Shown: positions 47,654 to 58,385, counted from the stretch's first letter. The stretch is 64,000 nucleotides of DNA from Bacteroidales bacterium (GCA_023146135.1 JAGLCR010000042.1:7857-71856); one strand, 5' to 3'. The notes: generated by a model not told the origin, from the letters alone. Made by a program: numbers and translations.

Positions 47654-47666
47654 TTCTATATATTTT

Positions 47667-49163
47667 TTAGATTATTCCTTGAATAAATGGTCCAACAGCT
47701 CCGTCGATGATATCGATCCAGAAAAATGGGAAGATACCGATCAAAATACTAAATAGCACTAATACAAAAGTACCGACCTTTTCGTACCAAGTAATTGGTG
47801 GTAGATCTTTATATTCGTCCATAACAGGTCCCATAAGCATTTTACCCACCACACGCAAGATGTAAACAGCAGTTACAACGATAGATGAAACCGCAATTAT
47901 GGTGATTATCCTATGAAATAGGTCAGGATGTTCAAAAGCCCCCACAAAAATGTTCATTTCAGCAACGAAGCCTGAGAACATTGGTAAACCTAGGTTTGCC
48001 ATACCTGCAATCACATAGAGGGCGCCAATGACGGGCATAACTGTCATTAGGCCACCCATTTTGCTTACAATACGAGTATGAGTACGTCCGTATATTATAC
48101 CAATTAAGGCAAAGAATAGGGCTGTGATAAATCCGTGAGACAGTGATTGTAGCATTGCTCCACGCCATCCAATTTCGTTCATCATTAATAAACCTAATAA
48201 AACCAATCCAAGGTGACTCACTGAGGAGTATGCATTGATATATTTAAGGTCGGTCTGTCTAATAGCACTAAGTGCTCCATATGACACCCCGATAACGGCC
48301 AGTATCATAAATGGCACTACCCAGTAATGTGCTCCTTGTGGCATTAGATACATCGCAACACGAAAGATACCATATCCACCTAGTTTCATCAATACACCTG
48401 CGTGAAGCATGGATACCGCTGTTGGTGCTGACGCATGACCATCAGGAGACCAAGTATGAAAAGGGAAGAAGGCGCCAATTACTGCAAAGCCAATAAAGGC
48501 TAAAGGATAGAAAATTATCTGAGCACTTTCAGGTATTGCAACCTGCTTGATTTCCAAAATATTGAATGTTAATCCTGCCAATCCTATGGCATCAGGATTT
48601 GAGTTCATATACAATCCAAAAATACTTACAAGTACTAGGGCCGAAGCTCCCATAAGCATTAAAGTAAGTTTCATGGCTGAATACTCTTTGGGCCCTGTTC
48701 CCCAAACCCCAATTAAAAGGTACATTGGTATTACTGCAATTTCGTAGAATACGAACATAGTAAATAAGTCCAATGAGATAAAGAAGCCATAAACTCCTGA
48801 TGAAAGTACGATCAACCAAATAAAGAATTCCTTGGTTAAATCACTTACTTTCCATGATATGAAAGTACCTGTCATTACAATGATTGATGTAAGCATAATC
48901 ATTAAAACAGAAATACCATCCACGCCAATTAGGTAGTGAATATTGAAAGGTTCAAACCACATTAGATCTCTCATGAAGACCATAGTGTCTGTGTTTCCAC
49001 CATTTTTTAGCTGTAAAAATTGGTACAATAGGTTGAATGCCATTACAACTTGTACAATTGCACCTGCCAGGGTAACTAAGCGGTAATTGTTTTGACCTTT
49101 GGTAAAGATCAATGCAATTACGGTTAGAACCGGCATTACGACGAATAATGTTAATATATCCAT
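47667..49163 (-). CDS. nuoM: complex I subunit M
   Basis: GVDGIS, PFHTWSPDGH, LMKLGGYG, SGFVAE. Confidence 0.95.
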   Translation of the reverse strand: MDILTLFVVMPVLTVIALIFTKGQNNYRLVTLAGAIVQVVMAFNLLYQFLQLKNGGNTDTMVFMRDLMWFEPFNIHYLIGVDGISVLMIMLTSIIVMTGTFISWKVSDLTKEFFIWLIVLSSGVYGFFISLDLFTMFVFYEIAVIPMYLLIGVWGTGPKEYSAMKLTLMLMGASALVLVSIFGLYMNSNPDAIGLAGLTFNILEIKQVAIPESAQIIFYPLAFIGFAVIGAFFPFHTWSPDGHASAPTAVSMLHAGVLMKLGGYGIFRVAMYLMPQGAHYWVVPFMILAVIGVSYGALSAIRQTDLKYINAYSSVSHLGLVLLGLLMMNEIGWRGAMLQSLSHGFITALFFALIGIIYGRTHTRIVSKMGGLMTVMPVIGALYVIAGMANLGLPMFSGFVAEMNIFVGAFEHPDLFHRIITIIAVSSIVVTAVYILRVVGKMLMGPVMDEYKDLPPITWYEKVGTFVLVLFSILIGIFPFFWIDIIDGAVGPFIQGII

Positions 49164-49182
49164 GTTGTTTCTTATCTAATAA

Positions 49183-51117
49183 TTATAAATAATACCAAAA
49201 TATCATTGCAATGACAACCACGCCTGATACAAAGAACATTGCATAGTCTTGTACTCTTCCTGATTGTAATCCTTTAATTTTATCTGAAATCCACTCGGTA
49301 CCACTTCCTATACCATTCATAGCGCCATCCACAATATGACGGTCAAACCATGCCGAAGGGGCAGCAATACGATCGAAAATAATTTTCTTAGTAACGAACA
49401 TATAAATCTCATCTATATAGAACTTATTATAAGACCATATATAAAACACGCCAAATGCAGCACGGAATCGTGTAGATAGCTTATTCTCTTTCTTATACAT
49501 TAGCATTGCAAATAGAATTCCGAATGTTCCAATTCCCACAGAAGCTCCCACCATATACCAATTGAAATGGGTATGGAAAGCAGCCCCATCAGCAGTTACT
49601 AACGAATGAAAAGGAATAAAGCCTGAAATTATTGTCATAAAAGCTAGAACCAATAGAGGAATAGTCATTGTTTTTGGAGCTTCTTGTGGGGTGTGTTTAT
49701 AATTAGGTTCGTTCCACCAGAAAATACGGAAGTATAAACGAAACATATAAAAAGCCGTCATACCTGCAACAAGATAGGTAACTCCAAATATTAAGATATT
49801 GTCGTGTAGTGCAGCAACCAATATTTCGTCCTTACTGAAAAAACCAGCCAAAGGAGGAATACCAGAAATAGCCAAAGCAGCAATTAAAAATGTAATATGA
49901 GTGATGGGCATATACTTTCGTAAACCTCCCATATCTTGCATATAATTACTATGAACCGCATGGATAATAGATCCTGCTGCTAAAAATAATAATGCTTTGA
50001 ACATGGCGTGAGTAAATAGGTGAAACATGGAAGCCATAAATCCAAGGCCATCATGCCCTGCGTATCCTGAAACCCCTAATGCCAACATCATATAACCAAT
50101 TTGTGACATGGTTGAGAAGGCAAGCACTCGCTTAATATCGTATTGTGAGAAGGCAATAATTGCTGCAAATATCGTAGTGAAAGCTCCTGTGTAAGCAACT
50201 ACTTGCAGCGCAGCTCCATCGTCCATAAAGGAAAAGAGCGGAAACAAACGAGCTACAAGGAATACTCCAGCTACTACCATGGTAGCAGCGTGAATTAATG
50301 CTGAAACTGGTGTTGGTCCTTCCATGGCATCGGGTAGCCAAATGTGAAGTGGAAACATGGCCGATTTACCTGCACCTCCAATAAAGATGAAGATTAATGC
50401 CCAAGAAATAACTGAAATCCCCATAAAGGCAGCTCCAAACTTCGCTTGCAATCCAGCGATAAATGCAGGGTCAGCTAATACTTTGAAATCCCAGCTTTCG
50501 CCGTAGAATCCAATCATTAAGATTCCCATTAGAAAACCGAAGTCGGCAAAACGAGTAACAATAAATGCTTTCTTGGCAGCTAATACTGCTGAAGGTTTGT
50601 TATAATAATATCCAATTAGTAAGTATGAAGATACACCCACCATTTCCCAAAAAATGTAAATCATAAATAGGTTAGTAGCTAAAACTAATCCCAACATGGA
50701 AAAGGTAAATAGTCCTAGGTATGCAAAGAAACGGGTAAAACCAGCCTCACCGTGCATATACCCCACACTATATAAGTGAACCATTAATGAAATGGTTGGC
50801 ACAACGATAAGCATCATTGCAGAAATAGGATCAATCAAGATTCCCATGTCCATATGAAGCGTGTCACTAAAATTAATCCAAACCATATTCATTGCATATA
50901 CCTTTTGGTAAACGCCATCAATTTTTGCCCCTTCCATACCTCCAAAGAAGTAAGAATAGGCAGTATAGTATGAAATCAATGCGGTGATTCCCAAGCCAAC
51001 TGTTCCGATAATTCCCGAAACAGGCTCTTTTAGTCGTTTGAAGTTAAATCCCAATATCAAGAATAATGATATGGGTATTAACAATATTAATGCTGTATAT
51101 CCTAAATCCATTGTCAT
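49183..51117 (-). CDS. nuoL: complex I subunit L
   Basis: GKSAMFPLHIWLPDAMEGPTPVSALIHAATMV, HAMFKALLFL. Confidence 0.97.
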   Translation of the reverse strand: MTMDLGYTALILLIPISLFLILGFNFKRLKEPVSGIIGTVGLGITALISYYTAYSYFFGGMEGAKIDGVYQKVYAMNMVWINFSDTLHMDMGILIDPISAMMLIVVPTISLMVHLYSVGYMHGEAGFTRFFAYLGLFTFSMLGLVLATNLFMIYIFWEMVGVSSYLLIGYYYNKPSAVLAAKKAFIVTRFADFGFLMGILMIGFYGESWDFKVLADPAFIAGLQAKFGAAFMGISVISWALIFIFIGGAGKSAMFPLHIWLPDAMEGPTPVSALIHAATMVVAGVFLVARLFPLFSFMDDGAALQVVAYTGAFTTIFAAIIAFSQYDIKRVLAFSTMSQIGYMMLALGVSGYAGHDGLGFMASMFHLFTHAMFKALLFLAAGSIIHAVHSNYMQDMGGLRKYMPITHITFLIAALAISGIPPLAGFFSKDEILVAALHDNILIFGVTYLVAGMTAFYMFRLYFRIFWWNEPNYKHTPQEAPKTMTIPLLVLAFMTIISGFIPFHSLVTADGAAFHTHFNWYMVGASVGIGTFGILFAMLMYKKENKLSTRFRAAFGVFYIWSYNKFYIDEIYMFVTKKIIFDRIAAPSAWFDRHIVDGAMNGIGSGTEWISDKIKGLQSGRVQDYAMFFVSGVVVIAMIFWYYL

Positions 51118-51434
51118 TAATTTTTCAGGGTTTCTAATTTATCCGTGTTTAGTGACATAACTAATCGGTAAAGATTAATGATGATAGCTAAGGCCAATGC
51201 AGTTTCTGCCGCAGCAATTGCAATAATAAATAGCGAAAAAATGCCACCATCTAACTGCTCTGGGTAGAGGTATTTATTGACAATAACAAAGTTAAAGGCC
51301 GCCGAATTAAGTATTAATTCAATGGACATCAACATTGCAATCAAATTCTTTCGAGTAAAAAAACCAAACACGCCGATAAAGAAAATCAGGGTACTTAAAG
51401 TTAAAATCTCGTATATGCTAACTCCTTCTATCAT
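51117..51434 (-). CDS. nuoK: complex I subunit K
   Basis: LMSIELILN, IAAAE. Confidence 0.95.
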   Translation of the reverse strand: MIEGVSIYEILTLSTLIFFIGVFGFFTRKNLIAMLMSIELILNSAAFNFVIVNKYLYPEQLDGGIFSLFIIAIAAAETALALAIIINLYRLVMSLNTDKLETLKN

Positions 51435-51440
51435 ATTATT

Positions 51441-51956
51441 TTAATTTGAAGATTCTTTTTTCTGATAACTTTTTGCTATTACAATTGCACCAACCATAGC
51501 TGCAAGAAGAAGGATACTAATTACTTCGAAAGGTAGAATATATCCACCATCGCCGTAGTTTAGTAATGTGCGACCTACATCAGCAATTGTTGTTGTTGTT
51601 TCTTCAGTAACTTGATCGAAATCGTAGTTGTAAATTGCAAATAATGACATTCCTGCCCCAAGGGATGCTATACCACCTGCAATATATTGATGAATAGGTT
51701 TTGGCTTGTCCAAAGGTTCACCAATACGTTCCACAAGCATAATTGAAGTAATATATAAAATGATAATTCCACCTGCATATACTGTCATTTGCACAGCAGC
51801 AAGAAAGAAAAAATCAATCATAAAGTAAATTCCAGCCAATCCTAACATTACAAAAAGAAGGAATACAATGGCTCTCATAACGTTTCGGCTAGTAACTGAC
51901 ATTACAGCAAAAACAATCATAATCATAGCGAGGATATAAAAAACGATTTTTTCCAT
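51441..51956 (-). CDS. nuoJ: complex I subunit J
   Basis: QMTVYAGG, LPFEVISILLLAAMVGA. Confidence 0.95.
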   Translation of the reverse strand: MEKIVFYILAMIMIVFAVMSVTSRNVMRAIVFLLFVMLGLAGIYFMIDFFFLAAVQMTVYAGGIIILYITSIMLVERIGEPLDKPKPIHQYIAGGIASLGAGMSLFAIYNYDFDQVTEETTTTIADVGRTLLNYGDGGYILPFEVISILLLAAMVGAIVIAKSYQKKESSN

Positions 51957-52450
51957 TATTTCTTAGGGTTTTTATAACCAGGGATAAAAGACGATCCAGG
52001 TTGGTTTAAGGATTTTGTTAAATGACTTCTGTCTTGCGTTGCATGGTGGAAATTTTGACCCCACATGATTGCATCAGCAGGACATGCCTCAATACAAAGT
52101 CCACACATAGTACACATCTCAAGGTGATAAATATGCTCTTCGAGGAATTTTTTAGGTTTACCTGTTTCCTCATTTATTGCTTTATCCCAAATAATCTCAA
52201 TCGATCCGTTAGGGCAAGCTATTTCGCACATGGTACAAGCATCACAGCGATGCTGATTGTTTTCATCGTGATACATCACAATTTCTCCACGAAAACGATC
52301 AAACATTTTTAAGGTGTCGATATTGTCGGGATACTCTACTGTAATGATTTCTTTGCGCGTAAAAAAGTTTACGAAGAAATACCTTCCAGTAATCTTCATC
52401 CCTGATATAAGGGTTTTAGTCGCGCTTGCTATATCTCCAAAGTAACTCAT
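51956..52450 (-). CDS. nuoI: complex I subunit I (2x 4Fe-4S)
   Basis: TVEYP, RFRG, CDACTMCEIACP, CTMCGLCIEACP. Confidence 0.95.
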   Translation of the reverse strand: MSYFGDIASATKTLISGMKITGRYFFVNFFTRKEIITVEYPDNIDTLKMFDRFRGEIVMYHDENNQHRCDACTMCEIACPNGSIEIIWDKAINEETGKPKKFLEEHIYHLEMCTMCGLCIEACPADAIMWGQNFHHATQDRSHLTKSLNQPGSSFIPGYKNPKK

Positions 52451-52459
52451 AATTCTTTA

Positions 52460-53518
52460 TTAAAAGGTTAGTCCTAACCAAACCACTAATGCCATAAATA
52501 CAATGTTTACCATACTAATTGGAATCAAGTATTTCCATTCCAGTGTAAGTAGTTGATCGATACGGAAGCGAGGAAATGTCCAACGAAACCACATCATTAA
52601 CATTACAACGCCTAATGTTTTGAAAACAAACCAAAACACTCCTACATAAGGAATTCCATCAGTAATTCCAAATGGGGATAACCACCCTCCGAAGAAAAGG
52701 ATAACCACCATTGCTGAAATAATAAACATATTTACAAACTCAGCAAGGAAATAATATGCGAAGTTCATTCCAGAATATTCAGAGTGATAGCCTGAGCCAA
52801 GCTCCGACTCGGCTTCAACCAAGTCGAAAGGAGTACGGTTTGATTCGGCTGTACCAGCAATCATGAAAATCATAAATCCGATAATTGCAGGAATATGACC
52901 CGACCAAATTGACCAACCATGTTCTTGTTGAAAGCTTATAATTTCTGATAATTGAAGTGTACCAGTTAGTACAGTCATAGCTACAATGACCATTCCTATT
53001 GATAGTTCGTAGCTAATCATTTGAATGCCACTCCGCATACCACCAAGCAATGAAAACTTATTATTACTTGCCCATCCTGCAAGGAAGATACCTATTACTG
53101 CAACGGATGAAACAGAGGTGATAAAGAATACCCCTAAATTAATATCAAAGGCTTGTAATTCTTGTGAAAAAGGAAGAACAGCTAAAGCCATCAGGGCTGT
53201 TACAATTACAAAATAAGGAGCAATTGTATAAAGAAATTTATCTCTTTTCTCGGTTCCTGTAATCTCTTTTGAAACCAGTTTCAAAGCATCAGCTATAGTT
53301 TGGAATAAACCTGCGGGGCCTCTTCGGTTAGGACCTAAACGTTGCTGAAAAAATGCAGCAGCACGTCGTTCCATCCATACGAGGAATAAACCCAAAAGGG
53401 CAAATACTCCAAGGTAAACCGCTGCTACCACAACGATTTCTACCCAAAAGGCAATATCGACAGGCATTTGCATTTGATCTACCAAAAAATCTGTTATTAT
53501 TGTTTTATTTGCTGTCAT
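52460..53518 (-). CDS. nuoH: complex I subunit H
   Basis: QRLGPN, ISYE, RTPFDLVEAESEL, PRFRIDQ. Confidence 0.97.
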   Translation of the reverse strand: MTANKTIITDFLVDQMQMPVDIAFWVEIVVVAAVYLGVFALLGLFLVWMERRAAAFFQQRLGPNRRGPAGLFQTIADALKLVSKEITGTEKRDKFLYTIAPYFVIVTALMALAVLPFSQELQAFDINLGVFFITSVSSVAVIGIFLAGWASNNKFSLLGGMRSGIQMISYELSIGMVIVAMTVLTGTLQLSEIISFQQEHGWSIWSGHIPAIIGFMIFMIAGTAESNRTPFDLVEAESELGSGYHSEYSGMNFAYYFLAEFVNMFIISAMVVILFFGGWLSPFGITDGIPYVGVFWFVFKTLGVVMLMMWFRWTFPRFRIDQLLTLEWKYLIPISMVNIVFMALVVWLGLTF

Positions 53519-53530
53519 AATTATCTCGAT

Positions 53531-54655
53531 TTATCGGTCAATATCCGGAACAACCACGTCAATGGTTGAAAAGTTAACAACTAGGTCGGCAATCTTAGTT
53601 CCTTCACTCATCTTATTCAGTCCATGCATATTTGCAAAGCTTGGTGAACGGAATTTCAAACGGAATGGATTTTTCTTTCCATCACTAATTGCATAAACAC
53701 CAAAATCTCCACGAGCAGTTTCTACACGTTGCAAATGCTCCCCTGCAGGAAGCTTAATCACCGCTTTAGTTTTTACTTTGAATTCGCCTTCTGGTATATC
53801 ATCAATTAATTGTTCAATAATGCGCATCGACTCCCACATTTCAAGAATACGTACTTTATAACGTGCAAATGCATCACCTTCAGTAGCCATAATCTCTTCA
53901 AAATGAACTCGGTCATATGCACTATAAGGTATTTTCTTACGAATATCGCAAACAAAGCCTGATGCACGAGCGGTAGGTCCATTCATACCAAAAGCAATCA
54001 CTTGCTCTTTAGTTAGTATGCCAATACCTTCAGTACGTTTTCTGAAAATCACATTATTAGATAATAATTGATCGTATTCAGGAAGTTTCTTTCTGAAGTG
54101 TACAATAAAATCTTTTACTCTTTTTACGAAATTCTCGTGCAAGTCGTATCTAACACCACCAATAACACTATAGTTCATCGTTAAACGAGAGCCACAAGTT
54201 TCTTCAAATATATCGTTGATTAATTCACGATCACGGAAACCGTAAAAGAATGTCGTTAATGCTCCAGTATCCATTCCCATTACAGCCCACCATAACTGGT
54301 GTGATGCAATTCGACTTAACTCCGACATGATAGTACGAATCACTTTTATGCGATCGTTAACCTCAATACCAGTAGCTTTCTCTACCAATAAAGCAACTGC
54401 TTCATTGTTTTGGTGTGACGAAAGATAGTCCAATCGGTCAGTCAAATGGATGATCTGTTTATAAGTAATATGTTCACTCATTTTTTCGATGGAGCGGTGT
54501 ATATAACCCATCACGGGCTCCACATCTCGAATTTCCTCACCATCAAGTTTAAGTACCATTCTCATTACACCGTGGGTTGCAGGGTGCTGAGGTCCCATAT
54601 TAAGATGATACTCTTGGGTGCGGATTTTATCTGCTAAAAATTGTTGATTTCCCAT
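53531..54655 (-). CDS. nuoD: complex I subunit D
   Basis: NMGPQHPATHGV, GYIHR, DRLDY, terminal DIDR; no NiFe CxxC motifs. Confidence 0.96.
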   Translation of the reverse strand: MGNQQFLADKIRTQEYHLNMGPQHPATHGVMRMVLKLDGEEIRDVEPVMGYIHRSIEKMSEHITYKQIIHLTDRLDYLSSHQNNEAVALLVEKATGIEVNDRIKVIRTIMSELSRIASHQLWWAVMGMDTGALTTFFYGFRDRELINDIFEETCGSRLTMNYSVIGGVRYDLHENFVKRVKDFIVHFRKKLPEYDQLLSNNVIFRKRTEGIGILTKEQVIAFGMNGPTARASGFVCDIRKKIPYSAYDRVHFEEIMATEGDAFARYKVRILEMWESMRIIEQLIDDIPEGEFKVKTKAVIKLPAGEHLQRVETARGDFGVYAISDGKKNPFRLKFRSPSFANMHGLNKMSEGTKIADLVVNFSTIDVVVPDIDR

Positions 54656-54658
54656 CTT

Positions 54659-55120
54659 TTATCTTGTTAGCATATTAAATTCATCCTTATAATCCTTACG
54701 CATGGGCCATCCTATCCAATTCTCATCTAAAAAGATGCGACGTAGGTTTTTATGACCATTAAACTTGATGCCAAAGAAATCATAAGCCTCGCTCTCATTA
54801 AAATAAGCGGCAGGCCAGATGTCTGAAACGGAATCGAAATTAGGATTTTCACGATCTGAAGTTTTAACCTTTAATTCGATCATATGATTTTTTGTAGTTG
54901 ACTCAATATGGAATACTAAACCTAAATCTTCACCATAATCAACTCCTGTAAGCGAAAACATATAATCAAATGCGGTATTAGCATCTGTTTTTAGTTTTTC
55001 GGCTATCTTGCGAAGCTCCGCTGCTGGAACTTCCACAATTAGAAACTCGGAGCCTTCCTCAACAAAATTAAGGTTTTCCGACCAGCTTCCAATTACTTCT
55101 TTTAGTTCTGTATTTGTCAT
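54659..55120 (-). CDS. nuoC: complex I subunit C (not fused to D)
   Basis: GVDY, ESEAYDFFGI.F.GH.NLRRI, GWPMRKD. Confidence 0.95.
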   Translation of the reverse strand: MTNTELKEVIGSWSENLNFVEEGSEFLIVEVPAAELRKIAEKLKTDANTAFDYMFSLTGVDYGEDLGLVFHIESTTKNHMIELKVKTSDRENPNFDSVSDIWPAAYFNESEAYDFFGIKFNGHKNLRRIFLDENWIGWPMRKDYKDEFNMLTR

Positions 55121-55129
55121 AGCGCTGAT

Positions 55130-55711
55130 TTATTTAGTGGTTCCTTCATCAAATCCATCCACAGGATTATTGTTTACACGATGCCTCATACTTTCGTTAG
55201 AGATTTTGTTTTGCAATTCAAACATAGCATCCAACAAAGCCTCGGGGCGTGGTGGACAACCTGGGATATATACATCAACAGGTATTACGTGATCGGCACC
55301 ACGTACTACCGAATAAGAATTGAAATAGAATGGCCCGCCAGAAACAGCGCAAGCACCCATAGCAATTACATATTTAGGCTCTGCCATTTGGTCGTATAAA
55401 CGACGTAAAACGGGAGCCATTTTTACGGTGATTGTTCCTGCAATAATAATTACATCGGCCTGGCGTGGTGTAACACGTGCAACCTCAAATCCAAATCTAG
55501 AGTAGTCTGTTTTTGACGCTCCAGTTTGCATCATCTCGATTGCACAACAGCTTGTTCCAAAATATAGCGACCATAAAGAGTGCTTACGCCCCCAGTTAAT
55601 CACATCGTCTAATTTAGATACCACGATATTCCCGCCATTGCCTGCTGGAATTATCTCGCCAGGAAATTTTTCCTCTGTCTCGATATTTGCTTTTTTTACT
55701 TCTATTCCCAT
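55130..55711 (-). CDS. nuoB: complex I subunit B (start revised to MGIEVK)
   Basis: [26 protein letters not shown]. Confidence 0.96.
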   Translation of the reverse strand: MGIEVKKANIETEEKFPGEIIPAGNGGNIVVSKLDDVINWGRKHSLWSLYFGTSCCAIEMMQTGASKTDYSRFGFEVARVTPRQADVIIIAGTITVKMAPVLRRLYDQMAEPKYVIAMGACAVSGGPFYFNSYSVVRGADHVIPVDVYIPGCPPRPEALLDAMFELQNKISNESMRHRVNNNPVDGFDEGTTK

Positions 55712-56052
55712 CGTAATGCTCGTTTTTTCCATGCGTATAATAATCCAATTCCTAAGATTACTAGAAATACTAGTACCTCAATAAATGCAACAGCTCCCAC
55801 TTCTTTGAAGACAACAGCCCACGGCATTAGGAAGATTACTTCCACATCAAAAATTAAGAAAATAATTGCGAAAAGGTAATATCCTACTCTGAACTGAATC
55901 CATGTAGGGCCAATGGTGGGAATACCACTCTCATAAGGCTCTTGCTTGGCTTTGTTGTCCGATTTATAGGAAATTAAGTTCGCTAAAAAGTTGGCTATAA
56001 GGATTAATGCTACCCCGGCCAACGGAAATACTAAAAGTGCTTCTATACCCAT
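55702..56052 (-). CDS. nuoA: complex I subunit A
   Basis: [27 protein letters not shown]. Confidence 0.96.
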   Translation of the reverse strand: MGIEALLVFPLAGVALILIANFLANLISYKSDNKAKQEPYESGIPTIGPTWIQFRVGYYLFAIIFLIFDVEVIFLMPWAVVFKEVGAVAFIEVLVFLVILGIGLLYAWKKRALRWE

Positions 56053-56085
56053 CTTTTATAGTATTATTTATTGTTTATCAAGCGG

Positions 56086-56093
56086 CAAAGATA
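56086..56093 (-). promoter_or_regulatory. -7 promoter box (TATCTTTG) of the nuo operon
   Basis: TAnnTTTG 34 bp upstream of the nuoA ATG. Confidence 0.72.
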
Positions 56094-56234
56094 TAGTTTT
56101 AACATTCTGCCAATGACTAATGACAGGTAGTTTGCTTATGTTTGATTGATAGTTTGTTAATTCAAAATAATTGTACTTGATAATTAATAGGTTATGATAA
56201 AATATGGATTGTAAAAGTTTTTTAACTGCTATAA

Positions 56235-56253
56235 ATTTAGAATAAATCTAAAT
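56235..56253. promoter_or_regulatory. Fur-like palindromic box ATTTAGAATAAATCTAAAT
   Basis: 7-5-7 dyad ATTTAGA-N5-TCTAAAT in the nuoA/GT2 intergenic region. Confidence 0.55.
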
Positions 56254-56420
56254 AAAAACCTGTTTTGTATTGAATAATTATACTATATAAACTAATATAT
56301 ATCATAATAAGTAGATATATGCACCCTTGAATTTTGATTTTGTATTGCACGTTTTTAGTGCTTATAGTTCAGTTGAAGCTTTCAAATTATCCATTACTTT
56401 TTTTTTTACTTTTACCCCCC

Positions 56421-58385
56421 ATGAAGTTATCCATAATTATTGTCAACTATAATGTTGAGCATTTTCTTGAACAATGCCTTAATAGTGTGCTTGCTGCCAA
56501 GCAAGATTTTGCTATTGAAGTGATTGTGGTGGATAATAATTCGGTGGATGGTTCTTTGGAAATGATGGTAGATAAATTTCCAGATATTACCCTTATCGCT
56601 AATAAGGATAATCGAGGTTTTTCCAAGGCTAATAATCAAGGGATTCGAATTGCAAAAGGGGAGTATGTTCTTTTGTTAAATCCTGATACCGTTGTGGAAT
56701 CAGACACCTTTGATAAATCTGTTTCTTTCATGGATGCCCACCAAGATGCTGGTGGTTTGGGCGTAAAAATGTTGGATGGAAAAGGAAACTTTTTACCTGA
56801 GTCAAAACGCGGCTTGCCAACACCTGCGGCAGCTTTTTATAAGATGTTTGGATTGTCTAAGATTTTCCCAAAAAGCAAACTGTTTGCGTCATACCATCAA
56901 GGGCATTTGAGTAATGAGGAAGTGCATGAAATAGAAGTGCTATCAGGAGCTTTTATGCTAATGCGTAAAACAACACTTGATAAAGTGGGTCTTCTTGACG
57001 AGGATTTCTTTATGTATGGTGAAGATATTGATTTATCATACCGTATTATTAAGGGTGGATACAAGAATTACTATTTTCCTGAAACACGAATTATACATTA
57101 TAAAGGGGAGAGCACCAAGAAGAATACGGTAAATTATGTGTATGTATTCTATAATGCCATGGTGATTTTTGCCAAGAAGCATTATTCGGCAAAAAACGCA
57201 CGGGCTTTTTCATTTTTGATAAATACTGCCATTGTTTTTCGTGGTTTCATTGCTTTAGTTTCGAGTTTTATTCGTTCTATGGTGGTTCCTCTTATCGATT
57301 TTGTGCTAATTTATGGAGGTCTTCTACTCATGGCCATTTATTGGGGCGAGCATAAGTTGGGTATAGCACAAGAATATCCAACTACATTTTTATATGCCTT
57401 AATCCCAAGCTTTGTGCTTATTTGGCTCTTCTCAACATACTATAGTGGAGGTTATGATAAGCCAGTTAAAATATGGCCTGTATTGCGTGGCCTTACTATT
57501 GGTACTTTAATTATTCTTATTATTTACGCTTTGCTACCTGAGTCGTACCGCTTTTCGCGAATTACGATTTTGTTTGGTGCACTATGGGCGCCTTTAATTG
57601 CCATTAGTTGGCGATTGTTACTGCATTTTATCGGTATAAAATCTTTTAAGCTTGGCTCTACTCAATCAAAACGAATAGGTGTGGTTGGCAACTATGAAGA
57701 GGCTATTCGTGTGGCCGATTTGATAGATAAAACTAGTATTAATCCTTCGTTCACAGCTCTGGTAAGTTCGGATAATCCAAATAAGACGGTGAAAAAGATT
57801 TTGGGAAATATCGACCAGTTGGAAGAGATTGTACGTATTCATAAGCTTACTGAAGTTATTTTTTGTGCCAAGAATTTACCTGCAGGTCGTATTATTGATT
57901 TAATGAGTCAGCTGCAAAAAATGAATTTGGAGTTTAAGATTGCTCCACCTGAGAGTCTTTTTATTATTGGTTCCAACTCCATTAATACTTCCCGTGATAT
58001 TTATCTTATGGATTTGGACTCCATCAATAAGCAATCGAATAAACGTTATAAACGCTTATTTGATTTTGTGGTTTCTCTATTGTTGATTCTGCTATTTCCA
58101 TTGCATTTTTATCTTATCAAAAGTCCATTCCGCTATTTGAAAAATTTGTTTATGGTGCTTTTTGCTCAATATTCCATGGTGGGCTTTGATGTATTGCCTG
58201 ATAAAGAAAAAGCCCAGTTACCCATAATTCGTAAAGGAGTATTGCACCCATCAGACGCTTTGAAAAAACCACCTATTACGGAGAATCGTATTCGGTTAAA
58301 TATGCTATACGCTCGTGAGTACAGTTTGACAACGGACTTTAATATTTTGGTGCATGGCTTACGAAATGCTGGTCGTGAGGTTTAA
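56421..58385 (+). CDS. GT2 glycosyltransferase fused to TM, CoA-binding-like and degenerate phosphoglycosyltransferase domains (start revised to ATG 56421)
   Basis: IIVNYN, DNNS.DG, GFSKANN, LNPD, FMYGEDID; C-terminal KRLFD...SMVG. Confidence 0.87.
   Translation: MKLSIIIVNYNVEHFLEQCLNSVLAAKQDFAIEVIVVDNNSVDGSLEMMVDKFPDITLIANKDNRGFSKANNQGIRIAKGEYVLLLNPDTVVESDTFDKSVSFMDAHQDAGGLGVKMLDGKGNFLPESKRGLPTPAAAFYKMFGLSKIFPKSKLFASYHQGHLSNEEVHEIEVLSGAFMLMRKTTLDKVGLLDEDFFMYGEDIDLSYRIIKGGYKNYYFPETRIIHYKGESTKKNTVNYVYVFYNAMVIFAKKHYSAKNARAFSFLINTAIVFRGFIALVSSFIRSMVVPLIDFVLIYGGLLLMAIYWGEHKLGIAQEYPTTFLYALIPSFVLIWLFSTYYSGGYDKPVKIWPVLRGLTIGTLIILIIYALLPESYRFSRITILFGALWAPLIAISWRLLLHFIGIKSFKLGSTQSKRIGVVGNYEEAIRVADLIDKTSINPSFTALVSSDNPNKTVKKILGNIDQLEEIVRIHKLTEVIFCAKNLPAGRIIDLMSQLQKMNLEFKIAPPESLFIIGSNSINTSRDIYLMDLDSINKQSNKRYKRLFDFVVSLLLILLFPLHFYLIKSPFRYLKNLFMVLFAQYSMVGFDVLPDKEKAQLPIIRKGVLHPSDALKKPPITENRIRLNMLYAREYSLTTDFNILVHGLRNAGREV

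Noticed and set aside
53531-55711. Group 4 [NiFe]-hydrogenase interpretation of nuoBCD
   Set aside because: The large subunit lacks both CxxC metal-binding motifs and has the quinone-site HPATHG/DRLDY signatures
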